Source: Bdellovibrionota bacterium (GTDB lineage Bacteria; Bdellovibrionota_C; UBA2361; OMII01). Taken from it: 44,971 nt of DNA. Each line of letters begins with the position of its first letter. Within the stretch, counting starts at the first letter, position 1. The DNA lies in contig JBIJBE010000028.1 of assembly GCA_044345405.1 (NCBI GenBank), forward strand, positions 1 through 44,971, in the 5' to 3' direction. The position numbers were made by a program, and so were the translations under genes. Below, one piece after another: positions 9,563 through 18,591 of the stretch. The notes beneath the pieces are model-generated. The model searched no databases. It had not been told where the DNA came from and saw only the letters and a list, made by a program, of their open reading frames with translations.

Positions 9563-9578
9563 TCTCCGGATTTACGGG

Positions 9579-10346
9579 TCACCCCCGCAGCGATCGAAAG
9601 GACAACAGATGCCCCGAATGAAACGGCTGTATCCGACCATCCACGGTTAACAGCAACGAACCTCGCTCATCGATGCCCGCATAGATCCCCGCAACCTGCC
9701 GCTCCCCGAGATCAAGATTGATCTCAGTCTCACCCTTGATAAAACACGCGGCATCTTCCCACCTAGCTTGAAAGCGAGGGAACCCATCAAAGGAGACGAA
9801 GAGTTCGTGTGCGAGGCGCAGCTGCTCACTGACCGCCGTAAGAGCATCAGGAACAGTGATACGAGAACCTGAGATCTCCTCAATCGACATAGCGTGCGCG
9901 ACATCCTCTGGGGTGCGAGCGAGATTAACGCCGACACCTACGAGGATGACCCGCGTGGCTCCGAGATCCTGAACCTCGATAAGGATACCTCCCACTTTCC
10001 GCAGGGAATCATCGCGCACAACGACGAGATCGTTTGGCCACTTAAGTTGAAGGCGCGCGCCGAATCGCTCAAAGGCGTCAACGAGTCCGAGACCAACAAC
10101 GAGCGAGTAGCCACTGAGCGACGCGAGCGGTTGCGAGGTCTGAAAGAGGAAGGTCGCCATCATGGCACCATCGGTTGAACTCCACTTCCGTCCCTGCCTG
10201 CCCCGTCCAGCGCTTTGGGAGAGCGCGCAGACAACCCCTGCTCCGTCTTTGAGTGACGGGATGAGGTCGCGCGCAACATCCATCGTAGAGGTGACCTCAT
10301 CGTAGATACGCGCGAAGGTGAAACCGGGGAGTGAGAGCTCTCGCAT
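9579..10346 (-). CDS. birA: Biotin--[acetyl-CoA carboxylase] ligase without N-terminal HTH
   Basis: STMD, QSAGRGRQGRKW, LKWPND, KVGGILIE and GVGVN motifs. Confidence 0.93.
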   Translation of the reverse strand: MRELSLPGFTFARIYDEVTSTMDVARDLIPSLKDGAGVVCALSQSAGRGRQGRKWSSTDGAMMATFLFQTSQPLASLSGYSLVVGLGLVDAFERFGARLQLKWPNDLVVVRDDSLRKVGGILIEVQDLGATRVILVGVGVNLARTPEDVAHAMSIEEISGSRITVPDALTAVSEQLRLAHELFVSFDGFPRFQARWEDAACFIKGETEINLDLGERQVAGIYAGIDERGSLLLTVDGRIQPFHSGHLLSFRSLRG

Positions 10347-10352
10347 AAGGAA

Positions 10353-11192
10353 TTATATGATCCGCATCGAGATATCGACGTTCGGCGCCTGCGTTGTCAG
10401 AGCGCCCACTGAGGCGGCATCAACGCCGGCCGCGTGAATCTTCGCGAGCCTATCCTTAGATACTCCGCCCGAAACCTCAATCATCGCAGGGTGTGGCACC
10501 GCTTTCACAAGAGCCACCGCCTCTTTGAGAACATCATCACTAAAATTATCCAACATCACGATCGTGGGGTTAAAGGTAAGCGCGACCTTGAGTTCATCAA
10601 GATTTCGCACCTCAACCTCCCACGGCATATAGAGGGGTTTCTTCGCCACGATATCAGCGAGTGCTCCCTCAATCCCGTGTGGATGAGCGTCGATGTGGTT
10701 ATTCTTCACGAGCACCATATCACCGAGCGAGAAGCGGTGGTTCGACGCGCCGCCGATCTTCGTGGCGTATTTATCGAGGAGTCGCCACCCTGGCATCGTC
10801 TTGCGGGTATCGAGGATCTTAAGTCCCGTCTGAGGTTCGCAGAAGTTTCGGGTGAACGTTGCTACCCCGCACAGACGCTGAAGAAAGTTCAAGATCGTTC
10901 GCTCAGCGGAGAGCAGATCGCGAGTACGTCCAGCGAGCTCAACGAGGATATCGCCGTCTTTGGCGCTCGCGCCATCAACCGCTTTCGTGGTGACCGAGAT
11001 GCTCCAGCCCCCAGCCTTAACGATCTCTGCAACGATATCAACACCACACACTACGAGATTTTGCCGGGCGATAACCTTGGCTTTCGATGTATGCTGCTCG
11101 GGGACCGTGAGTTGCGCGGTGATATCGCCAAGAGCGAGATCCTCTTCGAGCGCCAAATCGATCAACTTACGAACGAGGGGTGAATCGAACAT
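10353..11192 (-). CDS. nadC: Nicotinate-nucleotide pyrophosphorylase (quinolinate phosphoribosyltransferase)
   Basis: ALEEDL..GDIT, ERTILNFLQRL, DTRKTMPG, NHRFSL, EVEV and MLDNF motifs; AGGAG RBS before ATG 11192. Confidence 0.96.
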   Translation of the reverse strand: MFDSPLVRKLIDLALEEDLALGDITAQLTVPEQHTSKAKVIARQNLVVCGVDIVAEIVKAGGWSISVTTKAVDGASAKDGDILVELAGRTRDLLSAERTILNFLQRLCGVATFTRNFCEPQTGLKILDTRKTMPGWRLLDKYATKIGGASNHRFSLGDMVLVKNNHIDAHPHGIEGALADIVAKKPLYMPWEVEVRNLDELKVALTFNPTIVMLDNFSDDVLKEAVALVKAVPHPAMIEVSGGVSKDRLAKIHAAGVDAASVGALTTQAPNVDISMRII

Positions 11193-11200
11193 AGAAACTC

Positions 11201-12283
11201 CTAACGGGCGATCACCCACTGGTAGGACGATCGAGCAAGCACACGCAACGTCGCCGCGGCGGGCACGGCGAGAAAGATTCCGAGCAAACCAAAAAGCTGT
11301 CCACCGGCAAAGAGGGCAAGGATAATAACCAACGGTGAGAGCCCGACGGATTCGCCCATGATGCGGGGCGTGATAAAGGTTCCCTCAAGGGCCTGCACGA
11401 TACCGTAAACACCCCACACCCAGAGGAGGTGCGAGATGTCGCCGAAGGTCACAAGTGCCATGAGTGAGCTCAAGATAATTCCGGTCAGAAACCCAACGTA
11501 CGGGATGATATTACCAAAGCCCGAAATCGCGGCGAGAAGGAGCCAGAGATCAACCCCCACAAGCCCGAGCCCAATAGCGTAAAGCACAAAGAGGATCGTA
11601 CACACGATCGCCTGTCCACGTACAAACGCCGATACGTAGGTATCGATCTCTCGAAACACCGACACGAACTTCGAGCGTCGAGTGAGCGGAACAAGCCCAA
11701 CTACCGCGGAGTGGATTTTTGGGAGATCAAGAGCGAGGTAGTAAACGATAAAGGGAAGGAGCGCGATGTTTACGAGGGCAAGCGCCTTGTTGTATCCCTG
11801 AAGAAGGGTTCCGCCGATAGTCGCGAACACCTTCTTTACCGCCTCGCCGTTTACATCTGAGAGCATCTGCGGAAGACGCGCTACGGTGTCGGCGAGGTCC
11901 TGCTCCTCATCACTCGGAAGCGGAAGCGCGGCGATAATCTTATCCCAGTACGGCCCTAATCGCTCACGGCCGATCTGGATGTAGTGACTGAGGTTCGCGG
12001 TGAGCTTATGAAACTCATCGATAATCGTTGGTACGGCTGTGACCCCGATCAGAACGAGCAGCCCGACAACCACCACGCAGACGAGGGTGAATCCGAGCCC
12101 ACGGGAGAGCCCCTTCGACTCAAGCTTAGAGAGGATCGGGTCGATCGCGTAGGCGATAAAGTACCCGATCACCAAGAGCACCACGAGCTCACGGAGCTGC
12201 GCCGCGAGCCAGATAAGCCCAACGATCGTGACCGAGGTCAGAACCCAAAGGGGTGGCAGGAACGACTCTTTGGATTTCGACAT
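11201..12283 (-). CDS. AI-2E family (PerM-like) transporter
   Basis: Multiple TM helices; FVRGQ, IPYVG, QALEG..ITPRIMGESVGLSP and GGQLFGLLGIFLAVP motifs. Confidence 0.92.
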   Translation of the reverse strand: MSKSKESFLPPLWVLTSVTIVGLIWLAAQLRELVVLLVIGYFIAYAIDPILSKLESKGLSRGLGFTLVCVVVVGLLVLIGVTAVPTIIDEFHKLTANLSHYIQIGRERLGPYWDKIIAALPLPSDEEQDLADTVARLPQMLSDVNGEAVKKVFATIGGTLLQGYNKALALVNIALLPFIVYYLALDLPKIHSAVVGLVPLTRRSKFVSVFREIDTYVSAFVRGQAIVCTILFVLYAIGLGLVGVDLWLLLAAISGFGNIIPYVGFLTGIILSSLMALVTFGDISHLLWVWGVYGIVQALEGTFITPRIMGESVGLSPLVIILALFAGGQLFGLLGIFLAVPAAATLRVLARSSYQWVIAR

Positions 12284-12290
12284 GAACTCC

Positions 12291-15200
12291 TCACGTAAAG
12301 GTCAACACAGGCCGGCCAAACAGCTGCTCAACCTCTTCACACAGAGCCTCAGAGGGCCCCACACAGACGGGACTATTGCCTGAATCACGAAGAACGATAG
12401 ATACCTCTCCATCATCGAGCTGCAACCGAACCTTCACTGGACACGAGCCGGTGTACTTACGAAAGATCGTTTGCACAGCGGGCATCCGTTGTTCGATATC
12501 GTCGTTGGCGGTCAACATAAGGAACCCCTGCGTAGCGCTCCTATCGCGCAACTGAATCAGGGACTCCATCTTGTCGATCACGAGCACGCACCGCTCCTCG
12601 GTGACATCGGCGCGACCGGATACCATAACCGGCTCATCCGGAACGATGAGGTGCTGAATCTTTTTGTAGGTGTCAGGCCACACAAGGGAATCGATCGTGC
12701 CGAGCCAATCCTCAAGGGCGAAGCTCGCGTACCGATCTCCCTTCTTCGTGTTCTTAAGCTTAAGCGCGGTGATAACGCCGCCCACACGAACCTCTTTCGC
12801 TTTCTTAACTTTCACGTCTGCGGTCGAGAGCGCGCCGAGGCGCTTAAGATCCCACTTAAACTTCTCAAGGGGGTGACCGGAGATATAGAAACCGAGCGCC
12901 TCGCGCTCAAAGGAGAGCTTTTGATTGACGGGCCACTCGGGGACCGTTACCGCGCGGCGAGCGACCACGGGCTTCGGAGCCACGGCCCCAAAGAGGTTCA
13001 TCTGATTCGGGTCCACATCCTTACGGGACGCGTACACCTTGAGAAGATCCTCAAGCCGATCACTCATCTCACGACGACTTACCTTCGAAAAGTCGAAGCC
13101 GCCGCTCTTAATCATATTCTCGAACACCCGCTTGTTGACGCTGTTGAGATCAACGCGAGAGATAAGGTCTTCAAGATCCTTGAACGGTCCATCCTCTCGA
13201 GCGCGCAGGATCGCCTCGACCGCTTTCTGTCCAGTGCCCTTTACCGCCTCAAGTCCGAAAAGGATCTTTCCTGAGCGTACCGTGAAGCTCGCCAAGCTCT
13301 CGTTGAGATTTGGCGGCAATACGGCGATCCCCTGCTTTCGGCACTCGTTGAAGTTCTTGAAGGTCTTATCGGTGTCCTCCATGTCGTGCGTCATAAGCGC
13401 CGCCATGAACTCAACACCGTAGTGCGCCTTGAGGTACGCAGTTTGGAACGACACCAGCGCGTACGCGGCGGTGTGACTTCGGTTGAACCCGTAGCGGGCG
13501 AAGGTCTCCATCTGTTGGAAGATCTCATCCGCCAATTTTTGCGGAATCCCCTTTTCGACGGCGCCGCTTACAAAGCGGGTCTTCTGCTTCGCCATCTCCT
13601 CAGGGTTCTTCTTACCCATCGCCTTACGGAGAAGGTCCGCCTCGCCGAGGCTATATCCGGAGAGCGCCCGCGCAAGCTGCATGATCTGCTCTTGGTAGAG
13701 AATTACCCCGTAGGTATCCATGAGGATATCCTTCATCAGCGGATGGAGGTACGAGATGGGCTCCCGTCCGTGTTTACGCTCGATGTAGTGATCCACCATC
13801 CCCGCGTCGAGAGGACCGGGTCGGTAGAGGGCGAGGATAGCCACGATATCGTCGAAGCCGCTCGGTTTAAGCCGCACCACCATCTCGGTAATACCGCTCG
13901 ACTCAAGCTGGAACACCCCCGTTGTATTACCACCGCAAAGAAGTGTGTAGGTCTTCGGATCGTTAAGCGGCAGGGCGTTCAAGTCGATATCGACACCTCT
14001 GCTCTCTTTGATGATCTGGCAGGCGGTGTGAAGAACGGTGAGGGTTTTGAGACCGAGGAAGTCGAACTTCACGAGGCCAACCTTCTCAACGTAGGTCATC
14101 GAGTACTGCGTAACGTCGTTGCCGTCCTTATCGACCATCATCGGAAGGAGCTCATCGAGTGGACGGTCTCCGATGACAACCCCCGCCGCGTGCGTTGAGC
14201 TATGCCGGGTGAGTCCCTCAAGCTTCTGCGCAAGCTCAATCAGCTCACGCCCCTCACCCGCCGCGTACTCAGCGAGCTTCGGCTCCATCTTGAGCGCTTC
14301 AGCGATCGGGTAGTCGAAACCTTGTCGTGGCGCTGGGACGAGCTGCGCGATCCGATCGGTCTCGGCGTAGCTCATGCCGAGCGCGCGACCGACGTCCTTA
14401 ATCGCCGCCTTCGCCTTGAGCGTTCCGAAGGTGGCGATCTGCGAAACCTTCTCCTTACCGTACTTTTCGATCACGTACTTGATGACGTGCTCACGCCCGT
14501 GAATACAGAAGTCCACGTCGATATCAGGCATGCTGATACGTTCTGGATTGAGGAATCGCTCGAAGAATAATTTGTTTGAGATCGGATCGACCTCCGTGAT
14601 TCGCATGGCGTACGCCACAAGCGATCCAGCCACCGAACCACGGCCTGGTCCTACAGGGATACCGTGATCCTTAGCCCATACGATGAAGTCCGCTACCACG
14701 AGAAAGTATCCCGCGAACCCCATCTTACCGATGAGCGAGATCTCCTCCTCTACTCGATCCAGGTACTGTTGCTTCATCGCCGGACCCCAACCTGGGAGCG
14801 CGGAGAGCGCGTCCTCGCGGCTGGTTAGCCCCTCGCGAGCCATCTCAGCCATAATGTCGATGAGTGGTCGTTCGTCGGCGCACTCATACTTGGGCATGTA
14901 GTAGGTCTTGGACTCGAGGGAGAGATCGCACTGAGAGGCGATTAAAGCTGAGTTTCGAACGGCCTCGGCGCACCGGTCGTTATGCTCAAACTCCTTGACC
15001 ATCTCCTGCTCGGTCTTTAGGTGAAGGGTGAAACCTTCGTGGCGGAGGCGATCGGGATCGAGGATCGTCTTACCAGTTGAGATGCACATGAGCACTTCCT
15101 GCGCGAAGTGATCGTCCTTGTTGAGGTAGTGGCAATCGGTGGTACCGACGAGTGGAACACCCATGGACTGAGCCAGATCCATGATCGCGGCGTTGTGCTT

Positions 15201-15755
15201 GCGTTGATCGTCGATCGGGTGCGGTTGAAGCTCGAGGTAATATCGATCCTTGAAGGTCTTGGCGTAGAACTCAACGAGCTCCTTAGCACCCTTGTAGTCA
15301 TCGACCATGGTGGCTTGCGCCACCTCTCCGGCGAGACATCCGCTTAGGACGATCAACCCTTCGGAGTACCGTTCAAGGAGTTCATGATCTACTCGTGGCT
15401 TGAAATAGAAACCCTCCTTGTACGCCAAGCTGGAGAGCTTACAGAGGTTGTGATAGCCGGCCTTGTTCGCGGCGAGCACCGTTAAGTGACACGTTCCAGC
15501 ACCACCCTGCGCACGCATCTTCCGTTCATGACGGGAACCGGGGGTAACGTAGAGCTCGCATCCGATGATCGGTTTAATGCCCGCTTTCTTTGCCTCGTAG
15601 TAGAACTCAACGGCGCCGTGCATATTGCCGTGGTCGGTCATCGCGATAGCTGGCTGACCGAGCTGCGCCGCGTGCGCGACAACTTCCTTGAGCTTATTAG
15701 CCCCATCGAGGAGGCTGTACTGGGTGTGAAGATGGAGGTGAACGAACTGCGACAC
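12291..15755 (-). CDS. dnaE: DNA polymerase III alpha subunit
   Basis: PHP domain HLHLHTQYSLLDG, GPGRGS, MPDIDVDF, KFDFLGL, YGFNRSH and C-terminal OB fold; GAGG RBS before GTG. Confidence 0.98.
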   Translation of the reverse strand: MSQFVHLHLHTQYSLLDGANKLKEVVAHAAQLGQPAIAMTDHGNMHGAVEFYYEAKKAGIKPIIGCELYVTPGSRHERKMRAQGGAGTCHLTVLAANKAGYHNLCKLSSLAYKEGFYFKPRVDHELLERYSEGLIVLSGCLAGEVAQATMVDDYKGAKELVEFYAKTFKDRYYLELQPHPIDDQRKHNAAIMDLAQSMGVPLVGTTDCHYLNKDDHFAQEVLMCISTGKTILDPDRLRHEGFTLHLKTEQEMVKEFEHNDRCAEAVRNSALIASQCDLSLESKTYYMPKYECADERPLIDIMAEMAREGLTSREDALSALPGWGPAMKQQYLDRVEEEISLIGKMGFAGYFLVVADFIVWAKDHGIPVGPGRGSVAGSLVAYAMRITEVDPISNKLFFERFLNPERISMPDIDVDFCIHGREHVIKYVIEKYGKEKVSQIATFGTLKAKAAIKDVGRALGMSYAETDRIAQLVPAPRQGFDYPIAEALKMEPKLAEYAAGEGRELIELAQKLEGLTRHSSTHAAGVVIGDRPLDELLPMMVDKDGNDVTQYSMTYVEKVGLVKFDFLGLKTLTVLHTACQIIKESRGVDIDLNALPLNDPKTYTLLCGGNTTGVFQLESSGITEMVVRLKPSGFDDIVAILALYRPGPLDAGMVDHYIERKHGREPISYLHPLMKDILMDTYGVILYQEQIMQLARALSGYSLGEADLLRKAMGKKNPEEMAKQKTRFVSGAVEKGIPQKLADEIFQQMETFARYGFNRSHTAAYALVSFQTAYLKAHYGVEFMAALMTHDMEDTDKTFKNFNECRKQGIAVLPPNLNESLASFTVRSGKILFGLEAVKGTGQKAVEAILRAREDGPFKDLEDLISRVDLNSVNKRVFENMIKSGGFDFSKVSRREMSDRLEDLLKVYASRKDVDPNQMNLFGAVAPKPVVARRAVTVPEWPVNQKLSFEREALGFYISGHPLEKFKWDLKRLGALSTADVKVKKAKEVRVGGVITALKLKNTKKGDRYASFALEDWLGTIDSLVWPDTYKKIQHLIVPDEPVMVSGRADVTEERCVLVIDKMESLIQLRDRSATQGFLMLTANDDIEQRMPAVQTIFRKYTGSCPVKVRLQLDDGEVSIVLRDSGNSPVCVGPSEALCEEVEQLFGRPVLTFT

Positions 15756-15884
15756 GTCGCCTCAAAAAAGAGTGAAAAAAGACGGTGATAATCGACCCCC
15801 AATCCTATCCCCTCCGGGGCGAACCCTCAAGCATAAGAAAGGGAAATGGGGTGGGGTTTTGGGGGGCATTGCGGGTTAACTGAG

Positions 15885-16006
15885 GAACTCGTACGTTCGG
15901 AGGGCGCTCATTCCTGAGCGCCATATGGTTGCTACAGGCGCAGGCCGTTCGCCATATGGGGGCTTTTCGGCGACCAGGAATGGTCGCCCTCCGACGTATC
16001 GGGTTC
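15885..16006. repeat. REP/REPIN-like inverted doublet of GGAG-type palindromes
   Basis: GGAGGGCGCTCATTCCTGAGCGCC (15899-15922) and inverted GGCGACCAGGAATGGTCGCCCTCC (15969-15992); flanks are also complementary. Confidence 0.7.
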
Positions 16007-16026
16007 GACGACATCGAGGCCAGCAC

Positions 16027-17427
16027 CTACACCGCCAGCTTCGCCCACCCCGGCACCAACTCATCCCCGGCAACGCGGACGATCTCGGAGTCTCGGTAGA
16101 AGCGCTCTAACGAATCCAATAACTTGATATCCGCCTCATTCCCCTGTTGGACGGCGATATCCCTCGCGCGCACGAGCTCGGCCATCAGATCGGAGAGCTT
16201 CGGATGGTAATTATCGGGATCATTGGGGTTTCGAATCGTCTTCACGAGCTGCAGCTTCCCTCCGTAGCGGTAGGTAGCGTACTGCCGCAAAAGGTCCGTT
16301 GACCGGGGGTCTGACAGGTTAAGATCCGCGTTGGCGAGCTGGTACCGAACCCACAACTTCTTCGCGTCGGGGTTGGTTGTGCCGGCAAGAAGCTCCTTCT
16401 TCCCCTCCCGAAGCGCTCGGTAGTAGACATCCTGCGCGTCGAAATCGAGCCGATAGATATCCTGCTCGATATCCGCCTCGCTCTTCTCGAAGTAGTTCGA
16501 GAGGGTCACGTTTTTGAATTGCGCCAATGCTTTGCGCGCGAGCTGCTGAACCTCAGGGGTCGTTACCGCTCTCCCCGAGGTAAAGAATGAGTGCTTCATC
16601 GATTGCCGCCACGAGATCGACCTCGGGGATGGCTCCTCGGCGTACCGCTCAAGGTTCACCCAAAGAGAGGCTCGCTTATTCTCATCGAGGAGACACATCG
16701 GCACTCGCCGGCTGTAGCTCCCCTCAAAAAGATCGTAGTTCGGCTCCTCAATCTCGTAGACCGTTCCGCTTCGAACGGTTGAATGAAGCGACACACCCTC
16801 ATATGCCTCATACGTGCGAACATCCACCTGGCATCGCTCCTGCAACCACGTCGCGAGCTTAATAGTCAGAAGAACGTCCTCGCGTGATTCATGCGCCTGC
16901 ACCCCCTCAAGAAGCCCCAATGCGTGACTCACCGTTTGCAAGGAGAGGGAAAGTCGCTTCTCCCCTTTGCACTGAGCTCGCACCTTCTCCCGGAACTCCG
17001 AATTCGTGAGGTATGCTTTATGAACCGCGTGAAGGAGATCCCGCGAGGAGAGGAGCCCCTTGAAGTAGGGATTCAAACCGTTTCGAATAAAGCTCGTGCG
17101 AAGGTAGTTAAGATCAAACCGCGAGGAATTATATCCTACGAAAGCGATCGCCCCCTGTGCTGTTTGAATGCACGATGAGAGGAACTGTTCGATCTTTTTC
17201 ATCGCTTGAGGCTCGCTGTCCGTCGCGAGCTTTTGGTGCTCAAGCACATCGGTTCGGTTCGCGAGGATCGCGCCAGGTTCTGGAAGTTGGAGCCGATTCA
17301 ACTTTACGAGCCCTGAGAGCTCACCGATCGGCTTCAACGCGTCATCGACGAGGATAAAAGAGTAGTTGAGGATCTGACCAACGGTATTTTTGGTGGTGGT
17401 TTCGAGGTCGTAGAAGACGGCGTACAT
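16027..17427 (-). CDS. Exonuclease I (SbcB)-like DEDDh 3'-5' exonuclease
   Basis: FYDLETT (ExoI), GYNSSRFD (ExoII) and AHESREDV (ExoIII) motifs; LPEPGAIL matches SbcB; C-terminal half is divergent. Confidence 0.75.
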   Translation of the reverse strand: MYAVFYDLETTTKNTVGQILNYSFILVDDALKPIGELSGLVKLNRLQLPEPGAILANRTDVLEHQKLATDSEPQAMKKIEQFLSSCIQTAQGAIAFVGYNSSRFDLNYLRTSFIRNGLNPYFKGLLSSRDLLHAVHKAYLTNSEFREKVRAQCKGEKRLSLSLQTVSHALGLLEGVQAHESREDVLLTIKLATWLQERCQVDVRTYEAYEGVSLHSTVRSGTVYEIEEPNYDLFEGSYSRRVPMCLLDENKRASLWVNLERYAEEPSPRSISWRQSMKHSFFTSGRAVTTPEVQQLARKALAQFKNVTLSNYFEKSEADIEQDIYRLDFDAQDVYYRALREGKKELLAGTTNPDAKKLWVRYQLANADLNLSDPRSTDLLRQYATYRYGGKLQLVKTIRNPNDPDNYHPKLSDLMAELVRARDIAVQQGNEADIKLLDSLERFYRDSEIVRVAGDELVPGWAKLAV

Positions 17428-17517
17428 GAGCGGGATCGTACACTAAAAGGTAGCCAGAAACACGCTTAAAACAGGACAAAGCCCATAGGGTGAGCGATGA
17501 CTCCGAGGGACGCCCGA

Positions 17518-18591
17518 TTATAGCTTCACTCCTATGGCTCCCCTCGAACGCCACATCAGGGTTACAGCGGCAAGCAGCACGGCCCACGAGAAGGCGACCC
17601 ACACTATCTGGAGATGCGCATCAAGAATAAGGGGAAGGCAAACAGCCGCCACACCTGTAATCGCGTAGAGCAGCCTGGATTCGGAGACGTAAGTTCCAAA
17701 ACGACCCAAGAGCCAAACAAAACACGGAACAAGCACAACGAAGTAATGCATCCACGCGTAGGGCGCAACACACACCGAAAGTGGCACCACCACGCATAAC
17801 ATCGACTCCAACGAGTATCCAAGACGGCGCACCAACCAAATCGCGACGAGAGAGCCCATCACCAAAAAGGTCGGCTTAAAATACATCACCCTGCACGCAC
17901 ACTCCACCTGTTGAGCAACCGTTGCGCCGCATACGCGCAAGAGTTGGCTAGAAATTCCATCAAATGCATCCGAATACCAAACCAAGCAATCCGGAGCCAC
18001 CACAAGAGAAGCCGCTATTTGAAGCGCCAATCCGATCCCACACCCGGCCAAAAGAGCGATTCGCCGATGAGCGAGCTCCCACACGGTCAGGACAACGAAG
18101 AACGGAATCAAGATATGAGGCTTGAACAGGGCAAGACTCAAACCAACGCCTGCTCTACAATAGCTTTTATCGCGCCAATACCTGGCAAAGATGACAAGTC
18201 CCGCGAGGAGCATAACGTTCATTTGCCCCCATATGAGATGACCAAGGGTCGGGGGGAATAAAACAGCCGCGAACGCGATGATTCTTAGGGATAGGGCATC
18301 TCGACACTCAAGCGTCTTTGCCACAGACACTGCGCACCAAACTATAATCGCTAAAGAAACAACGCTCCACACCACCAGTGACACCCTAAATGGAAGAAGC
18401 GCCAACAACCAGTACAACCAAACGGTATTTATCGGATGAGGATGCGGTAGAGGGGTCTCAGTGGCTGGCCATCCACTGGCAGCGAGTTGCGCCCGATAGA
18501 GCTCCATATCGTACGGATTTAACCCACCATGGACGAGAGCGCCGGCAGACCAAATAAAATAGAAGTCGTACCCAAAGAGAAAGGGAACCAT
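17518..18591 (-). CDS. GT87/DUF2029-family polytopic membrane glycosyltransferase (GT-C)
   Basis: DF...W.AG....G.NPYD, WGQMN, LALFKPH and PYAWMHY motifs; many TM segments. Confidence 0.8.
   Translation of the reverse strand: MVPFLFGYDFYFIWSAGALVHGGLNPYDMELYRAQLAASGWPATETPLPHPHPINTVWLYWLLALLPFRVSLVVWSVVSLAIIVWCAVSVAKTLECRDALSLRIIAFAAVLFPPTLGHLIWGQMNVMLLAGLVIFARYWRDKSYCRAGVGLSLALFKPHILIPFFVVLTVWELAHRRIALLAGCGIGLALQIAASLVVAPDCLVWYSDAFDGISSQLLRVCGATVAQQVECACRVMYFKPTFLVMGSLVAIWLVRRLGYSLESMLCVVVPLSVCVAPYAWMHYFVVLVPCFVWLLGRFGTYVSESRLLYAITGVAAVCLPLILDAHLQIVWVAFSWAVLLAAVTLMWRSRGAIGVKL

Noticed and set aside
9261-9578. Known riboswitch, SRP RNA or tRNA-Sec upstream of the asparaginase gene
   Set aside because: No consensus recognised (no SRP GGAAG..AGCA loop, no T-arm GTTCGA); kept only as an unexplained structured region.
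10434-14570. Long plus-strand ORFs opposite nadC and dnaE (likewise 19924-20649, 22669-23370, 35153-35995, 37588-38340)
   Set aside because: Antisense open frames are expected opposite GC-rich genes; no domain motifs.
12291-15755. Intein or split in dnaE
   Set aside because: The 1154-aa length is ordinary, motifs are contiguous and no intein signature was seen.
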